A DNA stretch of 64,000 bases, taken from contig OY843751.1 in the NCBI GenBank assembly GCA_963693055.1, positions 704,001 to 768,000 of the forward strand. The letters run 5' to 3'. This stretch comes from a bacterium (GTDB taxonomy: Bacteria > Zhuqueibacterota > Zhuqueibacteria > Residuimicrobiales > Krinioviventaceae). Shown here in pieces: positions 51,558-62,622 of this stretch (position 1 is its first letter; each line of letters opens with the position of its first letter). The notes beneath the pieces were generated by a model. It had not been told where the DNA came from, searched no databases, and worked only from the letters and a program-made list of their open reading frames with translations. The translations under genes and the position numbers were made by a program.

Positions 51558-52262
51558 TTAAATTAAATCAAACGCCTGTGCATATTGAATAATATCAACC
51601 AATCGGGTAATATCCAGTTTTTTCATTATGTTTTGACGGTGTGTTTTTACAGTCAATTTGGAGATATAGAGCCTGTCTGATATATCGTGGCTGGTATACC
51701 CCAACGCGATCAGTTTTAGAATCTCTTTTTCGCGTTTGGTGAGCTGGCTGAATTGTTGAAAATGTTTTTGAACAAAAATATCTTCTTCTATTACCCGGGC
51801 AATTTTTTTGCTCAAATGTCCAAATGAAGAAATGGGGTTGGTTATGGAGAGAATTAGACCGTCAGATTTTCTGATCTTTGAAGTGCTGAAATACCATTCA
51901 TATGAGGACTGTGCATCTCTGCGAAATCCCTGGAAAAAGCTAAATACTTCGCTGAAATCATTTCTCTGCAGGAAGGACTGTAAATGGGGGATAACAATTT
52001 CTGTGGAACCGGGATGCACATATGTTGCCTGAAAATTTAATCCCAGGTCCTGAATGTCTTTGACCGTCAATTCAAAATGGTTTGCCATTGTATTGTTGGC
52101 ATTCACTATAGAGATATCGGTATAAGAATTGAGATGTATGAATCCCGGAATCAGATCCATAGACTCGTCCATGGTCAGCTTTTTCTGATTGATCTGCTTG
52201 TCCAGACAGAAAATCTGAGCTTTGATCCTTTCAATGGTTTCCATTTCCCCAATAGATGCCAT
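51558..52262 (-). CDS. LuxR-family regulator with N-terminal PAS-like domain
   Basis: 'LTKREKEIL..IA.G.TS..I...L.IS..TV.THR.NI..KL'. Confidence 0.92.
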   Translation of the reverse strand: MASIGEMETIERIKAQIFCLDKQINQKKLTMDESMDLIPGFIHLNSYTDISIVNANNTMANHFELTVKDIQDLGLNFQATYVHPGSTEIVIPHLQSFLQRNDFSEVFSFFQGFRRDAQSSYEWYFSTSKIRKSDGLILSITNPISSFGHLSKKIARVIEEDIFVQKHFQQFSQLTKREKEILKLIALGYTSHDISDRLYISKLTVKTHRQNIMKKLDITRLVDIIQYAQAFDLI

Positions 52263-52596
52263 AATTGCCCCAATTATGTTTCTTTATGAATGGTTATTCA
52301 ATAAATTAACATGTATCCGTAAAAAAACAAGTAAAATTAATGTATGGAGATACAAGCTTGTCTGTTTTTTTTCTAATTAGATTCACTGACAAATAAAATA
52401 TTAAATGTTATGCCATACATAATTAATGATAAGTCGTTGTTTTTTATAGATTTGAGGGACTATTCTGTCAAGTGAAAAAAGAGAAAAGTGCAATATTTGC
52501 ATTGGATTGATGGAAAATGAAGCAAGTTTTACAACAATCCCAATTTAGCAGAATTATATTGGTGTGCAAATTTTTAAAAGATATAATTGAAATAGC

Positions 52597-52625
52597 TTGA
52601 CAATGATGAATTAATTTGGTATAAT
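52597..52625 (+). promoter_or_regulatory. Consensus sigma70 promoter of the merR operon
   Basis: TTGACA-N17-TATAAT. Confidence 0.85.
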
Positions 52626-52679
52626 CGTATGCGTTCACTGGTAGTTATTTTTACTTAAAAGTATACGTGAAGGTGCACT

Positions 52680-53402
52680 ATGGAGCCAAAAGCATATTTA
52701 TTGAAAGAGTTTATCGAGATCACCGGGGCAGGGCAGGATGATCTTGAGCTATGGGAGAAATTGAAATTAATAAAACCCATTGGATATACCGAAGAAAAGG
52801 TTGCATTTTACTCACATGAAACATTAAAACAGGTCAAAGACATTCAAAAGCTCATTGATTTGGGTTATCAACCGGAAGATATTCAAAAGATCATCAAAAA
52901 GATCGGGTTACCCAATAAGGATAAAAAGCCAAATAACAAGCTCAAAAAAGGCCAGTTTTTGACGGTTGGGCAACTGGCTGAAAAAGTGGATGTAAGTCCG
53001 CGCACTTTGAAGCATTGGGAAGACAAGGGAATTCTTATTGCTGATATGCGAAGTGAAGGTGGTTTCCGCATGTATGCGGAATATTATGTCTATATCTGTA
53101 AATTGATTTTGGATCTGCAATTGTTTGGATATTCTCTGGACGAGATCAAGACTATATCCGATCATTTCAGAGATTTTATTATCATACAGGAAGAGATTAC
53201 AACTTTTCCGAAAAGTGATACTGCTGAAAAACTAAAAGTAATGGATGATGAAATTGTCCGATTGCTGGATAAAACAGGTTTACTGAAACAGGGTATACAG
53301 CGCTGGGAAGATTTAGTTAAGAAAAAGAAAAAAGAGTTGTCAGCGTTAAAAAACCAAAATTTAAAACGAGAGGAACCTGAAGTGGGGGCAGACAATGCCT
53401 AA
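52680..53402 (+). CDS. MerR-family regulator with two tandem HTH domains
   Basis: Two MerR HTH units ('WEKLKLIKP' and 'TVGQLA...VSPRTLKHWE.KG...RSEGGFRMY') plus coiled coil. Confidence 0.88.
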   Translation: MEPKAYLLKEFIEITGAGQDDLELWEKLKLIKPIGYTEEKVAFYSHETLKQVKDIQKLIDLGYQPEDIQKIIKKIGLPNKDKKPNNKLKKGQFLTVGQLAEKVDVSPRTLKHWEDKGILIADMRSEGGFRMYAEYYVYICKLILDLQLFGYSLDEIKTISDHFRDFIIIQEEITTFPKSDTAEKLKVMDDEIVRLLDKTGLLKQGIQRWEDLVKKKKKELSALKNQNLKREEPEVGADNA

Positions 53403-54849
53403 GATCACTTTTATTGAACCCAAGGCACCCAATTTACACATTTTTTCAATGTTTAAACTGCCCCGGTTAGGCAGTTTAATTTTGGGGGCCATGATGAAAG
53501 ATAGAGGATGGCAGGTTGATGTAATTGTTGAAGAAAAACGGGAAATTGATTTTGAATTATTAAAAGAGTCAGAGCTGGTAGCCATTTCTACCATTACCTC
53601 AACAGCGCCACGGGCATATGCTATTGCAGACCGTGTACGTGATGAGGGCGGTACGGTTTTGATGGGTGGCCCGCATGTTACTTTTTTAACCGATGAAGCG
53701 CTTGATCATGCTGATTTTGTTATTAGAGGAGAGGGAGAACAGGCCTTGATGGAGTTTGTTGATGCCTGGGAAAGCGATATGGATTTTTCACAGGTTTCCA
53801 ACCTGTCATATCATTCACCATATGGAACTGCTCACAATCCGTTCGCTTGTCATGTGGCAAATCTGGATGTCATTCCTTTTGCGGATCTGTCTTTGATTAA
53901 AAAACAGATGAACCGGGTGGCGGGAAAAATGATTATCCCAATGCAGTTGTCTCGTGGCTGTCCGTTTGATTGTTCATTCTGCTCAGTAACCGGAATGTTT
54001 GGAAAGAAATACCGCTATCGTTCAAATGAATCTATTCTGGACCAGTTGGCCAGGTATGATAGCCGTAAAAATTTTATATTTTTCTACGATGATAACTTTG
54101 CGGCGAATCCCAAACGCACTAAAGAATTGTTACGGGAAATGATCTCTCGTGGATTTAAATTCAAATGGTCAACTCAGGTGCGAGTAGATATTGCCAGAGA
54201 CCTGGACCTGGTTCGATTGATGAAACAAGCTGGTTGTCATACCCTGTTTATAGGATTTGAATCTGTAAATCCTGATAGTCTGGAAGAGATGAAGAAAAAG
54301 CAAACCGTAAGTGATATGCTAAAAGCAGTCAAGGTGTTGCGCAAGCAAAAGATCAATGTACATGGGATGTTTGTTTATGGCTTTGATCATGATACTGTTA
54401 AAAGCGCCCGGGATACAGTAAAATTTGCAAAACAGGCAAAACTCATGTCCGCTCAATTTTTGATTCTAACTCCGTTACCCGGATCAGAGTTTTATAATAC
54501 GCTGGACGCTGAAAGACGGATATTGTTCAAAGACTGGTCACTTTATGACGCGCACCATGCAGTTTTTAAACCCAAAAATATGACACTGTCAGAATTGCAG
54601 CAAATGCAAATTTACAGTCATCGCGCATTTTATTCACCTTTGCAGACATTGTTCAAGTTTTTTCATGCAAAATGGGAGGATGTGGGGTTGGCGCATTATG
54701 CCCGCAGATTAAATATCTTGTGGCAAAAACGGAATTTAAAATTTGTTAAAGTAATTGATCTGCTTACACCAAATGCAGATGCAGATATTAAAGTGGAATA
54801 TAAAACGATTATACAATTGGATAAAAAGAAAACGATTTTTAATACCTAA
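53395..54849 (+). CDS. Cobalamin-binding radical SAM enzyme
   Basis: B12-binding N-domain ('GGPHVT','GEGE'); CPFDCSFC motif; 'DDNF'. Confidence 0.93.
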   Translation: MPKITFIEPKAPNLHIFSMFKLPRLGSLILGAMMKDRGWQVDVIVEEKREIDFELLKESELVAISTITSTAPRAYAIADRVRDEGGTVLMGGPHVTFLTDEALDHADFVIRGEGEQALMEFVDAWESDMDFSQVSNLSYHSPYGTAHNPFACHVANLDVIPFADLSLIKKQMNRVAGKMIIPMQLSRGCPFDCSFCSVTGMFGKKYRYRSNESILDQLARYDSRKNFIFFYDDNFAANPKRTKELLREMISRGFKFKWSTQVRVDIARDLDLVRLMKQAGCHTLFIGFESVNPDSLEEMKKKQTVSDMLKAVKVLRKQKINVHGMFVYGFDHDTVKSARDTVKFAKQAKLMSAQFLILTPLPGSEFYNTLDAERRILFKDWSLYDAHHAVFKPKNMTLSELQQMQIYSHRAFYSPLQTLFKFFHAKWEDVGLAHYARRLNILWQKRNLKFVKVIDLLTPNADADIKVEYKTIIQLDKKKTIFNT

Positions 54850-54859
54850 GGAGATGATT

Positions 54860-55510
54860 ATGGCAAAACCTGTTCGCGAATTATATATTGGTTTGACTCA
54901 TGTTGTGGGTGCAGCATTGTCTATTGCTGGTTTAGTATTACTTGTAGTACGCGCAAGTTTGCAGGGAACGGCGTGGCATGTGGTATCTTTTACTATTTTT
55001 GGTACCGGACTGGTGCTGCTTTATACATTCAGTTCATTGTATCACTGGTTAAATTTATCAGAAAAGGGCATCAAGTTCTGGCGGATTATGGACCATGTAA
55101 TGATATATTTTTTAATTGCCGCAACCTATACACCCATTTGTCTTGTACCGTTACGCGGCGGTTGGGGCTGGAGTCTGTTCGGAATTGTTTGGGGATTGGC
55201 CATTGTTGGAATCCTTTTTTCAATTTTCTGGATACATGCCCCACGAAAATTCTATACGGCATTATATATTCTGTTAGGCTGGATGGTTGTTATTGGTTTG
55301 GTGCCTTTGAATAAAGCAATGCCTGTGGGGGGGATGTTGTGGCTTTTTGTTGGTGGTTTGTTGTATAGTATTGGTGGTGTGATCTATGGATACAAAAAGC
55401 CAAATCCTTTTCCTGTAAAATTTGGTTTTCATGGGATCTTTCATATATTTGTACTATTGGGGAGTATGGCCCACTTTATAGTTATTTACAAGTATATAAT
55501 TCAATTATAA
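54860..55510 (+). CDS. Hemolysin III/PAQR membrane protein (TrhA/YqfA-like)
   Basis: 'SSLYH', 'DH..IY.LIA.TYTP', 'H.IFH.FVL.GS..H'; about 7 TM; AAGGAG RBS. Confidence 0.93.
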   Translation: MAKPVRELYIGLTHVVGAALSIAGLVLLVVRASLQGTAWHVVSFTIFGTGLVLLYTFSSLYHWLNLSEKGIKFWRIMDHVMIYFLIAATYTPICLVPLRGGWGWSLFGIVWGLAIVGILFSIFWIHAPRKFYTALYILLGWMVVIGLVPLNKAMPVGGMLWLFVGGLLYSIGGVIYGYKKPNPFPVKFGFHGIFHIFVLLGSMAHFIVIYKYIIQL

Positions 55511-55536
55511 GCAACTCTGGGGGAGTTGCTTTTTTT
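55509..55536. terminator. Terminator between convergent genes
   Basis: AAGCAACTC/GAGTTGCTT plus T-run. Confidence 0.8.
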
Positions 55537-58381
55537 ATGTTGTGGTTTTATTCTGCCGGTCTTTGAATGTTATGGCCCACTTTAATCCGGAATTGAGTTT
55601 TGTTAACTCTGCCTTTCCTTTTAACTGTTTTTCAGCAATTGCATATATAAGCTGTATTCCCAACGATTTTTTACCCAACTGTTCAAGATCGCCAATAAGC
55701 CCTACTCCGTTATCTGATATGACAAGATCTAATGTATTATTCTTGTTCCGAAAGAATTCAATTGTTATAGTACCTGACATGTTGTCAGGAAAAGCGTGTT
55801 TAAATGCATTGGAGATTATCTCATTTACCAGCAGTCCGCAAGGGATCGCTATATCCAAAATTACCGGTATAGGTTGCAGTTTAAATTCGGTATGAACATT
55901 GGGTGTGTAAATAGAATAGCTGTTGATTAACACATGTGTTAATTCACTGATATAGTCTGCCATATTTATACTGGCAAGGTTTTCTGATTGATATAATTTC
56001 TGGTGTACCAATGCCATTGAATAAATTCGGTTTTCTGTCTCCGTGAAAATTGTTTTTAAAGATTTGTCGGTTATAGATGCCGATTGTAAAGCCAGCATAG
56101 ATATAATGACCTGCATATTGTTTTTCGTCCGGTGATATAGCTCTTTTAACAAAGCTTCTTTTTCAGTTAAAGAGTCTTTTACCTTTTGTTCAGCCTCGAC
56201 CCTTGCAGTAACATCATTCATGATCCATATCTCGTATGGATCATGACGATAGCCAATGAACTCGATCTGTTTAACGGTTTTGTCTTTGCAATTTATTGGA
56301 ACTGTACAGGGTCTGTTAAAATTTTTATTTCGATCTTGCATGTAGAGTTTGTAATGTTTTCCATGATCCTGGGGGTGTACTTTGATAAACCAGTCTGTTT
56401 TTGTGGATATTTCTTCATTTGTGTAACCTATAAGATCTTTTGCTTTGGGATTTAAATAAAACATTTGTTCTTCAATAAAGACAGCTCCTGATGGCAGGTT
56501 TTCTACCATAAATTTTAACCGCAGCTCACTTTCTTTCAAGGTTTTTTCAAAAGCAAATCTGGCTATGGTGTCTCCAATTTGAGCTGTGAGTATTTCTATA
56601 ACTTGCTGCGTGAAATCTGATAGGTTCTCATATTGATGCGATGCAAGATGTATGCTGCCAAGAGTTTGACCTTTGTGTTTGATTGGAATTACACTGAAGG
56701 ATTTTATACCTTCATTCTTGAGCACAGTTTTAAAGGGCTCTTGCATAGTATTTACATGTGAAAATAATGCATTCCCATTATTGAGCATGTTATGAAGGGG
56801 AGAGTCAGATTCTAGTAAACTCACTTTATCCTGAAATTCTTTTCCAACACCTATATTGTTAAACAAATTTAGATTACCGGTTTCAAAATCGAATAAATAT
56901 ATACCCCCTGAATCCATATCTGATAGTTGAATTATAGATTTTAAGAATAATTCAAGTCCAGAGTCAATGTCTGTTATTCCACTTAGTTTCATGACGAGCT
57001 CACGACTGGCATAAATAATTTTTTGCAATTGTTTATGCTCTGTCAGGTCCTGAATAGTACAAATCATCCCGTTAAAGGTATTGTTGGTTAGTAAAGGTAT
57101 AAGCCAGCCCGATTGAAAAGAACTCTTGTTCGAAAGTGTAACGAGCTCAATGTCATAAAATACCGGCTTTTGGGTGTTTTTTGCTTCAAGATAATGTTTT
57201 TTAAATTCCCTATTTGTCTTGTCTTCAAAATCTTTAAGAATATTTTGGCCAGTAATTTGATCTATGGAAACTCCTGCTATTTTAGCCATACCTGTATTCG
57301 AATAAATGATATAGTCATTTGCATCAGATACCCAGATTCCTTCATGAACGGTTTCGAGAATTTTTTCATAAAAATCTTTTTGATAATTTAGCTCATTTTG
57401 CATTGCATGTAATTCAGTAACATCAAGCCCAACTGCCCAAGTATGCCAACCTGAGATTGGGAAAACGTCTGATTGGTTCGACCATGAAATGAGGCGTTTT
57501 TTGCCATCTTTACAGGTTATCTCTAGTTTCCAGTTTCGGTAATTAAAGATATTGAATTCGAGACCATCCATGAGCTGTTTTCTGTATTCATCATCCGGAT
57601 AAAGTAACTCGAAAGCGTTGGCATTATTAATGATCTCATTTGCTTTATAACCTGATATCTGTTCACATTCACGATTCCAGGCAATAAAGTTATGGTCTTC
57701 ATCAAGTGCATTCAACATTACAGGCATGTTTTGAATTATATGTGAGAGTTTTTGCTCATTTTTTTCAAACTCTGTATGCATACGTTCAAAAAAGAGGATG
57801 AGGAATCCCATTGCTGCCAGAACCGCCAATATTGCTCCAACCAGGAAACCCCAGGGAGCAAACCATTCTGCGTTACGGAGAAAAGGGTAATCAAGTTTAT
57901 GAAAACCCCAGATTATAAAGATGTAAACAATAAGTTGTTTTAAACCCCCTGAAATAAGTTTAGATTTGTAGATATAAAAAGCTGTAATGAAATATATAAC
58001 CGCTACAAATAAAAAAATCGGTACGGTGAGTTTAGTAAAAGAGATCCCCAATAGAGTAGCTGAAATGATCCAAAGGATTAATAACATCCACAAATAAAAC
58101 CAGGATTTGTGTATATTTTTGTTCAGGAATTCCATTGTGCCCCATAACAGGAAAAAGCTGCTTGTGAGGATAATGGCCTGGATTACAGGTGTAACTATGG
58201 GTAACATGCTGTAAAAGGAGACAATTACGAAAATGAACCGGGTTGAGTAGATGGCCCAGCTGATGGTCCAGATTCCAAGGAAAGAGTATTTGTATTTATA
58301 ATAGAGATAGAAAAATACAAGGGTTAAAATGAGTGAACCAGAAAGCGTTGCAATAACAGAGGGTAACATCCACATAATCAT
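55535..58381 (-). CDS. Membrane sensor histidine kinase (about 7 TM, PAS, PAS, GAF, PAS, HisKA_2)
   Basis: 'ELYHRTKNNMQ' H-box, 'NEIISNAFKHAF', 'DNGVG'. Confidence 0.92.
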   Translation of the reverse strand: MIMWMLPSVIATLSGSLILTLVFFYLYYKYKYSFLGIWTISWAIYSTRFIFVIVSFYSMLPIVTPVIQAIILTSSFFLLWGTMEFLNKNIHKSWFYLWMLLILWIISATLLGISFTKLTVPIFLFVAVIYFITAFYIYKSKLISGGLKQLIVYIFIIWGFHKLDYPFLRNAEWFAPWGFLVGAILAVLAAMGFLILFFERMHTEFEKNEQKLSHIIQNMPVMLNALDEDHNFIAWNRECEQISGYKANEIINNANAFELLYPDDEYRKQLMDGLEFNIFNYRNWKLEITCKDGKKRLISWSNQSDVFPISGWHTWAVGLDVTELHAMQNELNYQKDFYEKILETVHEGIWVSDANDYIIYSNTGMAKIAGVSIDQITGQNILKDFEDKTNREFKKHYLEAKNTQKPVFYDIELVTLSNKSSFQSGWLIPLLTNNTFNGMICTIQDLTEHKQLQKIIYASRELVMKLSGITDIDSGLELFLKSIIQLSDMDSGGIYLFDFETGNLNLFNNIGVGKEFQDKVSLLESDSPLHNMLNNGNALFSHVNTMQEPFKTVLKNEGIKSFSVIPIKHKGQTLGSIHLASHQYENLSDFTQQVIEILTAQIGDTIARFAFEKTLKESELRLKFMVENLPSGAVFIEEQMFYLNPKAKDLIGYTNEEISTKTDWFIKVHPQDHGKHYKLYMQDRNKNFNRPCTVPINCKDKTVKQIEFIGYRHDPYEIWIMNDVTARVEAEQKVKDSLTEKEALLKELYHRTKNNMQVIISMLALQSASITDKSLKTIFTETENRIYSMALVHQKLYQSENLASINMADYISELTHVLINSYSIYTPNVHTEFKLQPIPVILDIAIPCGLLVNEIISNAFKHAFPDNMSGTITIEFFRNKNNTLDLVISDNGVGLIGDLEQLGKKSLGIQLIYAIAEKQLKGKAELTKLNSGLKWAITFKDRQNKTTT

Positions 58382-58466
58382 TACTCTTGATTTAATACAA
58401 ATTGAATATTATTTCGTATTACCAATTTTGTAATTAAAAAATAATTTGTTAATAAAACAAGAGATT

Positions 58467-61307
58467 TCAGGATTCTTTACATCTGTTTCTTTCCATTTCT
58501 TTTTTCAAATACTGACCGGTAAATGATTTTGAATTTTCTGCAACAGCTTCGGGTGAACCCGTTGCAATAATCTGTCCGCCCTCATCTCCACCTTCCGGAC
58601 CCAGATCAATTATATGGTCAGCTGTTTTTATTACATCCATTTGATGTTCAATAACAATGACTGTATTGCCTCTGTCAACAAGCCGATTTAAAACTTTTAA
58701 CAGCATATTGATGTCTTCAAAGTGAAGTCCGGTTGTGGGTTCGTCCAGAATATAAATCGTTTTACCGGTGCTTCTTTTTGACAATTCTGTCGCAAGCTTT
58801 ACGCGTTGGGCTTCACCACCAGAGAGAGTAGTGGCTTGCTGGCCTAATTTAATATAACCCAAACCCACGTCATAAAGGGTTTGCAATTTATTACGAATTG
58901 GGGGGATTTTGTCGAAAAAATTGAGAGCCTGTGAAACAGTCATTTCCAAAATGTCTGCAATGGATTTACCTTTATATTTGATTTCCAAAGTTTCACGATT
59001 GTATCTATGGCCCTTACAGACTTCACAGGTTACATATACATCCGGCAAAAAGTGCATTTCAATTTTTAAAATACCATCACCTTCACAGGCTTCACACCTG
59101 CCGCCTTTAACATTAAAGCTGAATCGACCGGGCTTGTAGCCATGTATTTTTGATTCGGGTAATTGAGTAAAGAGCTCCCGGATATGGGTGAAAACACCTG
59201 TATAAGTAGCAGGATTTGAGCGCGGAGTTCTGCCAATGGGTGATTGATCAATGTCTATTACCTTGTCTACATGTTCCAGACCGGTAATGCTTTTGAATGG
59301 CAGGGGATTGGTTTTGCTGCCGTAAAAATGTTTCTGTAAAACGCGATAAAGCGTCTCATTTATAAGTGAAGATTTACCACTTCCCGATACACCGGTAATT
59401 GCTATGAATATACCTAAGGGAATCTCGAGTTCTACACTTTTTAAATTATTTCCCGTTGCTCCCTGCAATTTGATAGAATGGCCATTGCTTTTACGACGTT
59501 CCTCAGGTACAGGAATGCATTTGCGGCCGGACAGATATTGACCTGTTATCGAATTGGGATCATTGGTTACCTGTTCCGGGGTTCCCATGGCAACTATTTC
59601 ACCACCATGTTCACCCGCACCGGGACCCAGATCAACCAGAAAATCTGCACATTCAATGGTTTCCTGATCATGTTCTACGACAATTACTGTATTTCCCAGA
59701 TCGCGTAGTTTTGTCAACGTATCTATCAGTTTTGCATTGTCTCGCTGGTGAAGACCTATGCTGGGTTCGTCCAGGATATAAAGTACACCTACAAGCTGAG
59801 AGCCGATCTGTGTTGCCAGGCGGATACGCTGGGCTTCGCCGCCGGAAAGCGTTCCTGAGGCTCTGTCAAGTGTGAGATAATTGAGTCCCACGTTTTTTAA
59901 AAATCCCAGTCGTTCACGGATCTCTTTGAGTATCTGGTGAGCTATTTGTTTTTCACGTTCATTCAGTTTTACATTGTTGAAAAACGCGTCAGACTCTTTG
60001 ATGGACATGGAGGTGACATCCTGAATAGAGATCTCGCCTATGCGGACAGAGCGTGCCTCTTTGCGCAAGCGGGCACCACCACATTCGGGGCAGGGCACAA
60101 CGTTCATAAATTTTTCAATCCATTCTCGCACACCCTGAGAGTCAGTCTGGTGATAACGGCGTTCAAGGTTGTGGATAACACCTTCATACTTGTGGCGAAA
60201 GACACCTTCATGATTTCCGGAACGGGATTTATAGTCAAAAGAGATTTGTTCATCGGTACCATGTAGTAATTCATGCTGGCATTGTTCCGGCAAATCTTGA
60301 AAGGGTGTGCTGATTTTTTGTCCATGTTTTTCCAGTACACCTTTAGCGAGTGTAATGTACCAACCGTCTTTGAGTTGGCCCCATGGGACCAGTGCCCCAT
60401 CACTCAATGTTTTTGATTTGTCAGGTACAACCAGATCCGGATCAATCTCCATACGAGTACCCAGGCCGTTACAGGATGGGCACGCACCATAGGGAGAGTT
60501 GAATGAAAACATGCGGGGTGCAAGTTCTTCGTACGAGATACCGCAGTCAATACACGCATAGTTTTCACTAAACAGGTGCTCATCTCCGTCAATTTCACTT
60601 ATAAGTAAAATTCCGTTACCCAATTTTAATGCGGTTTCAACAGAGTCTGTCAGACGTTTTTGAATTTCCGGTTTTATGATCAATCGGTCAACAACAATTT
60701 CAATATTGTGCTTTTTATTTTTATCAAGTTTGATCTCTGATTCAAGCTCAAGATTTTCACTGTCAACACGAACACGTACAAAGCCATCCCTTTTGGCTTC
60801 TTCAAATACGTCTTTGTATTCGCCTTTGCGTCCGCGTACTATGGGTGCCAAAACCTGAATTTTGGTTCCCTGAGGTAATGATAATATTCGGTCAACCATC
60901 TGTTGAACCGTTTGGCGTTCAATTTTTTTACCGCAATTGTAGCAATAGGGGACACCAACCCGGCTGAATAGTAAACGGAGATAGTCATATATTTCTGTTA
61001 CCGTACCTACGGTTGAACGTGGATTTTTACCAGTTGTTTTTTGTTCAATGGAAATTGCGGGGGATAAGCCTTCTATATAGTCTACATCCGGTTTTTCCAT
61101 GAGACCCAGGAACTGACGAGCGTATGCAGACAAGGATTCAACATAACGTCGTTGTCCTTCAGCGTAAATAGTGTCAAACGCCAGAGATGATTTGCCGGAT
61201 CCAGACAGACCGGTAATAACAACAAGTTGATTCCTGGGTAATTCAATATTGAGGTTTTTTAAATTGTGCTCTCGGGCACCTTTTATAATTAATTTATCTT
61301 TTTCCAC
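58467..61307 (-). CDS. uvrA: Excinuclease ABC subunit A
   Basis: Two ABC ATPase modules ([26 protein letters not shown]) with Zn fingers. Confidence 0.98.
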   Translation of the reverse strand: MEKDKLIIKGAREHNLKNLNIELPRNQLVVITGLSGSGKSSLAFDTIYAEGQRRYVESLSAYARQFLGLMEKPDVDYIEGLSPAISIEQKTTGKNPRSTVGTVTEIYDYLRLLFSRVGVPYCYNCGKKIERQTVQQMVDRILSLPQGTKIQVLAPIVRGRKGEYKDVFEEAKRDGFVRVRVDSENLELESEIKLDKNKKHNIEIVVDRLIIKPEIQKRLTDSVETALKLGNGILLISEIDGDEHLFSENYACIDCGISYEELAPRMFSFNSPYGACPSCNGLGTRMEIDPDLVVPDKSKTLSDGALVPWGQLKDGWYITLAKGVLEKHGQKISTPFQDLPEQCQHELLHGTDEQISFDYKSRSGNHEGVFRHKYEGVIHNLERRYHQTDSQGVREWIEKFMNVVPCPECGGARLRKEARSVRIGEISIQDVTSMSIKESDAFFNNVKLNEREKQIAHQILKEIRERLGFLKNVGLNYLTLDRASGTLSGGEAQRIRLATQIGSQLVGVLYILDEPSIGLHQRDNAKLIDTLTKLRDLGNTVIVVEHDQETIECADFLVDLGPGAGEHGGEIVAMGTPEQVTNDPNSITGQYLSGRKCIPVPEERRKSNGHSIKLQGATGNNLKSVELEIPLGIFIAITGVSGSGKSSLINETLYRVLQKHFYGSKTNPLPFKSITGLEHVDKVIDIDQSPIGRTPRSNPATYTGVFTHIRELFTQLPESKIHGYKPGRFSFNVKGGRCEACEGDGILKIEMHFLPDVYVTCEVCKGHRYNRETLEIKYKGKSIADILEMTVSQALNFFDKIPPIRNKLQTLYDVGLGYIKLGQQATTLSGGEAQRVKLATELSKRSTGKTIYILDEPTTGLHFEDINMLLKVLNRLVDRGNTVIVIEHQMDVIKTADHIIDLGPEGGDEGGQIIATGSPEAVAENSKSFTGQYLKKEMERNRCKES

Positions 61308-61473
61308 GATGCTACCATTTTTTTATTCAGGTGAATAATAACAATCTGTTAATATAATTATTCCCCTGTTCAATATAAAGTAAATTGTATGGAAAAAAAT
61401 GAAAATTTATTTGACATTTTGCAAAAAAACGAGTAGTATACTGAAACTCATTCATGTTAATAAGGAGCAAGGC

Positions 61474-62235
61474 ATGAAATATCTGATTTTGGCAGTACTG
61501 TTTATCTCAGTTAGTTTGGCAGCACAGGACCTTTCAGTTCAGGATTTATTGAAACAAGGTGATGACGCTTTTGATGCGTTTGATAATGAACGCGCAATGG
61601 TTTCTTATTTGAAAGCGTATGAAGCAGACAATTCCAATTGTGAAGCATTGTGGAAAATAACCCGGGCGTATGTTGATCTGGGTGAAGAGCTTGAAGGTGA
61701 TGAGCAAAAAGAGCATTATAAAAAAGCGGATGAATATGCGGACTTGGCAATTACAACGTGTCCCGATGATGCTGATGCGCATTTATTCAAGTCCGTTGCA
61801 TTAGGCCGTGTTGCCCTGGTCTCCGGTAAAAAGGAACAAGTGCAATTGTCTGCTACGGTTAAAGAGGAAGCTATGAAAGCGCTTGAACTTGATCCCAATA
61901 AAGATGTTGCGCATCATGTACTTGCCCGTTGGCATCGCAAAGTTGCAAATTTAGGTAGAATTCAAAGAGGATTTGCCAAAGTGTTATATGGCGGTTTACC
62001 AGACGCCAGTAATGAAAAGGCCATTGAGCATTTTAAAAAGGCAATAGAGTTGAATCCTTCATTTTTAAATCATTACCTGGAATTGGGTTTAACTTATGAA
62101 GAGACTGAAGAATGGCAAAAAGCCAAAGAGCAATATGATAAGGTTTTAGAATTACCGGCAACATCTTCAGATGATGAGGAGCACAAGAAAGCTGCCCGGG
62201 AACGGTTGGAAAAAATAAGTAAAAAGCTGGATTGA
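61474..62235 (+). CDS. Exported TPR protein
   Basis: AAGGAG RBS, signal peptide, TPR helices ('ALWKITRAY', 'AIELNP'). Confidence 0.85.
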   Translation: MKYLILAVLFISVSLAAQDLSVQDLLKQGDDAFDAFDNERAMVSYLKAYEADNSNCEALWKITRAYVDLGEELEGDEQKEHYKKADEYADLAITTCPDDADAHLFKSVALGRVALVSGKKEQVQLSATVKEEAMKALELDPNKDVAHHVLARWHRKVANLGRIQRGFAKVLYGGLPDASNEKAIEHFKKAIELNPSFLNHYLELGLTYEETEEWQKAKEQYDKVLELPATSSDDEEHKKAARERLEKISKKLD

Positions 62236-62272
62236 AAAATTTTTGCATTATTGTAAATGTAGAAAAAAGTTA

Positions 62273-62354
62273 TTGAATTTAATACTTTTTTTAATTATAA
62301 TAAGATCAGGATGTACTGAAAGAACAGTGGTGCAGTGTATCCTGATCTTTTTTT
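62273..62354 (+). promoter_or_regulatory. Sigma70 promoter and leader hairpin upstream of gltB
   Basis: TTGAAT-N17-TATAAT, then AAGATCAGGATGTACTG...CAGTGTATCCTGATCTT plus T-run. Confidence 0.65.
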
Positions 62355-62622
62355 GATCTATCGATGAACGGATTTGACACAGAATTTCAATCCGCTATTG
62401 AGAAGAAATGAAAACATATATGATTCGATTCAAATTGAAACGTATCCGCTCAATTTGATGCACTCCTTTTCATCACATTCCAAGTGACATGACATAAAGG
62501 CTGTATCAGGTTGGTGCGGTCTATAAAAAATGAAATTGGGTTGATCTCCCTTTGAGGAACACCTATCTTTAACCCGGATTTTTTTAGCATGAAAAAGCCA
62601 GTAAAAGAACTTGAGGTTTAGC

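Noticed and set aside
61308-61473. LexA/SOS box upstream of uvrA
   Set aside because: No palindrome matching a box I can recognise
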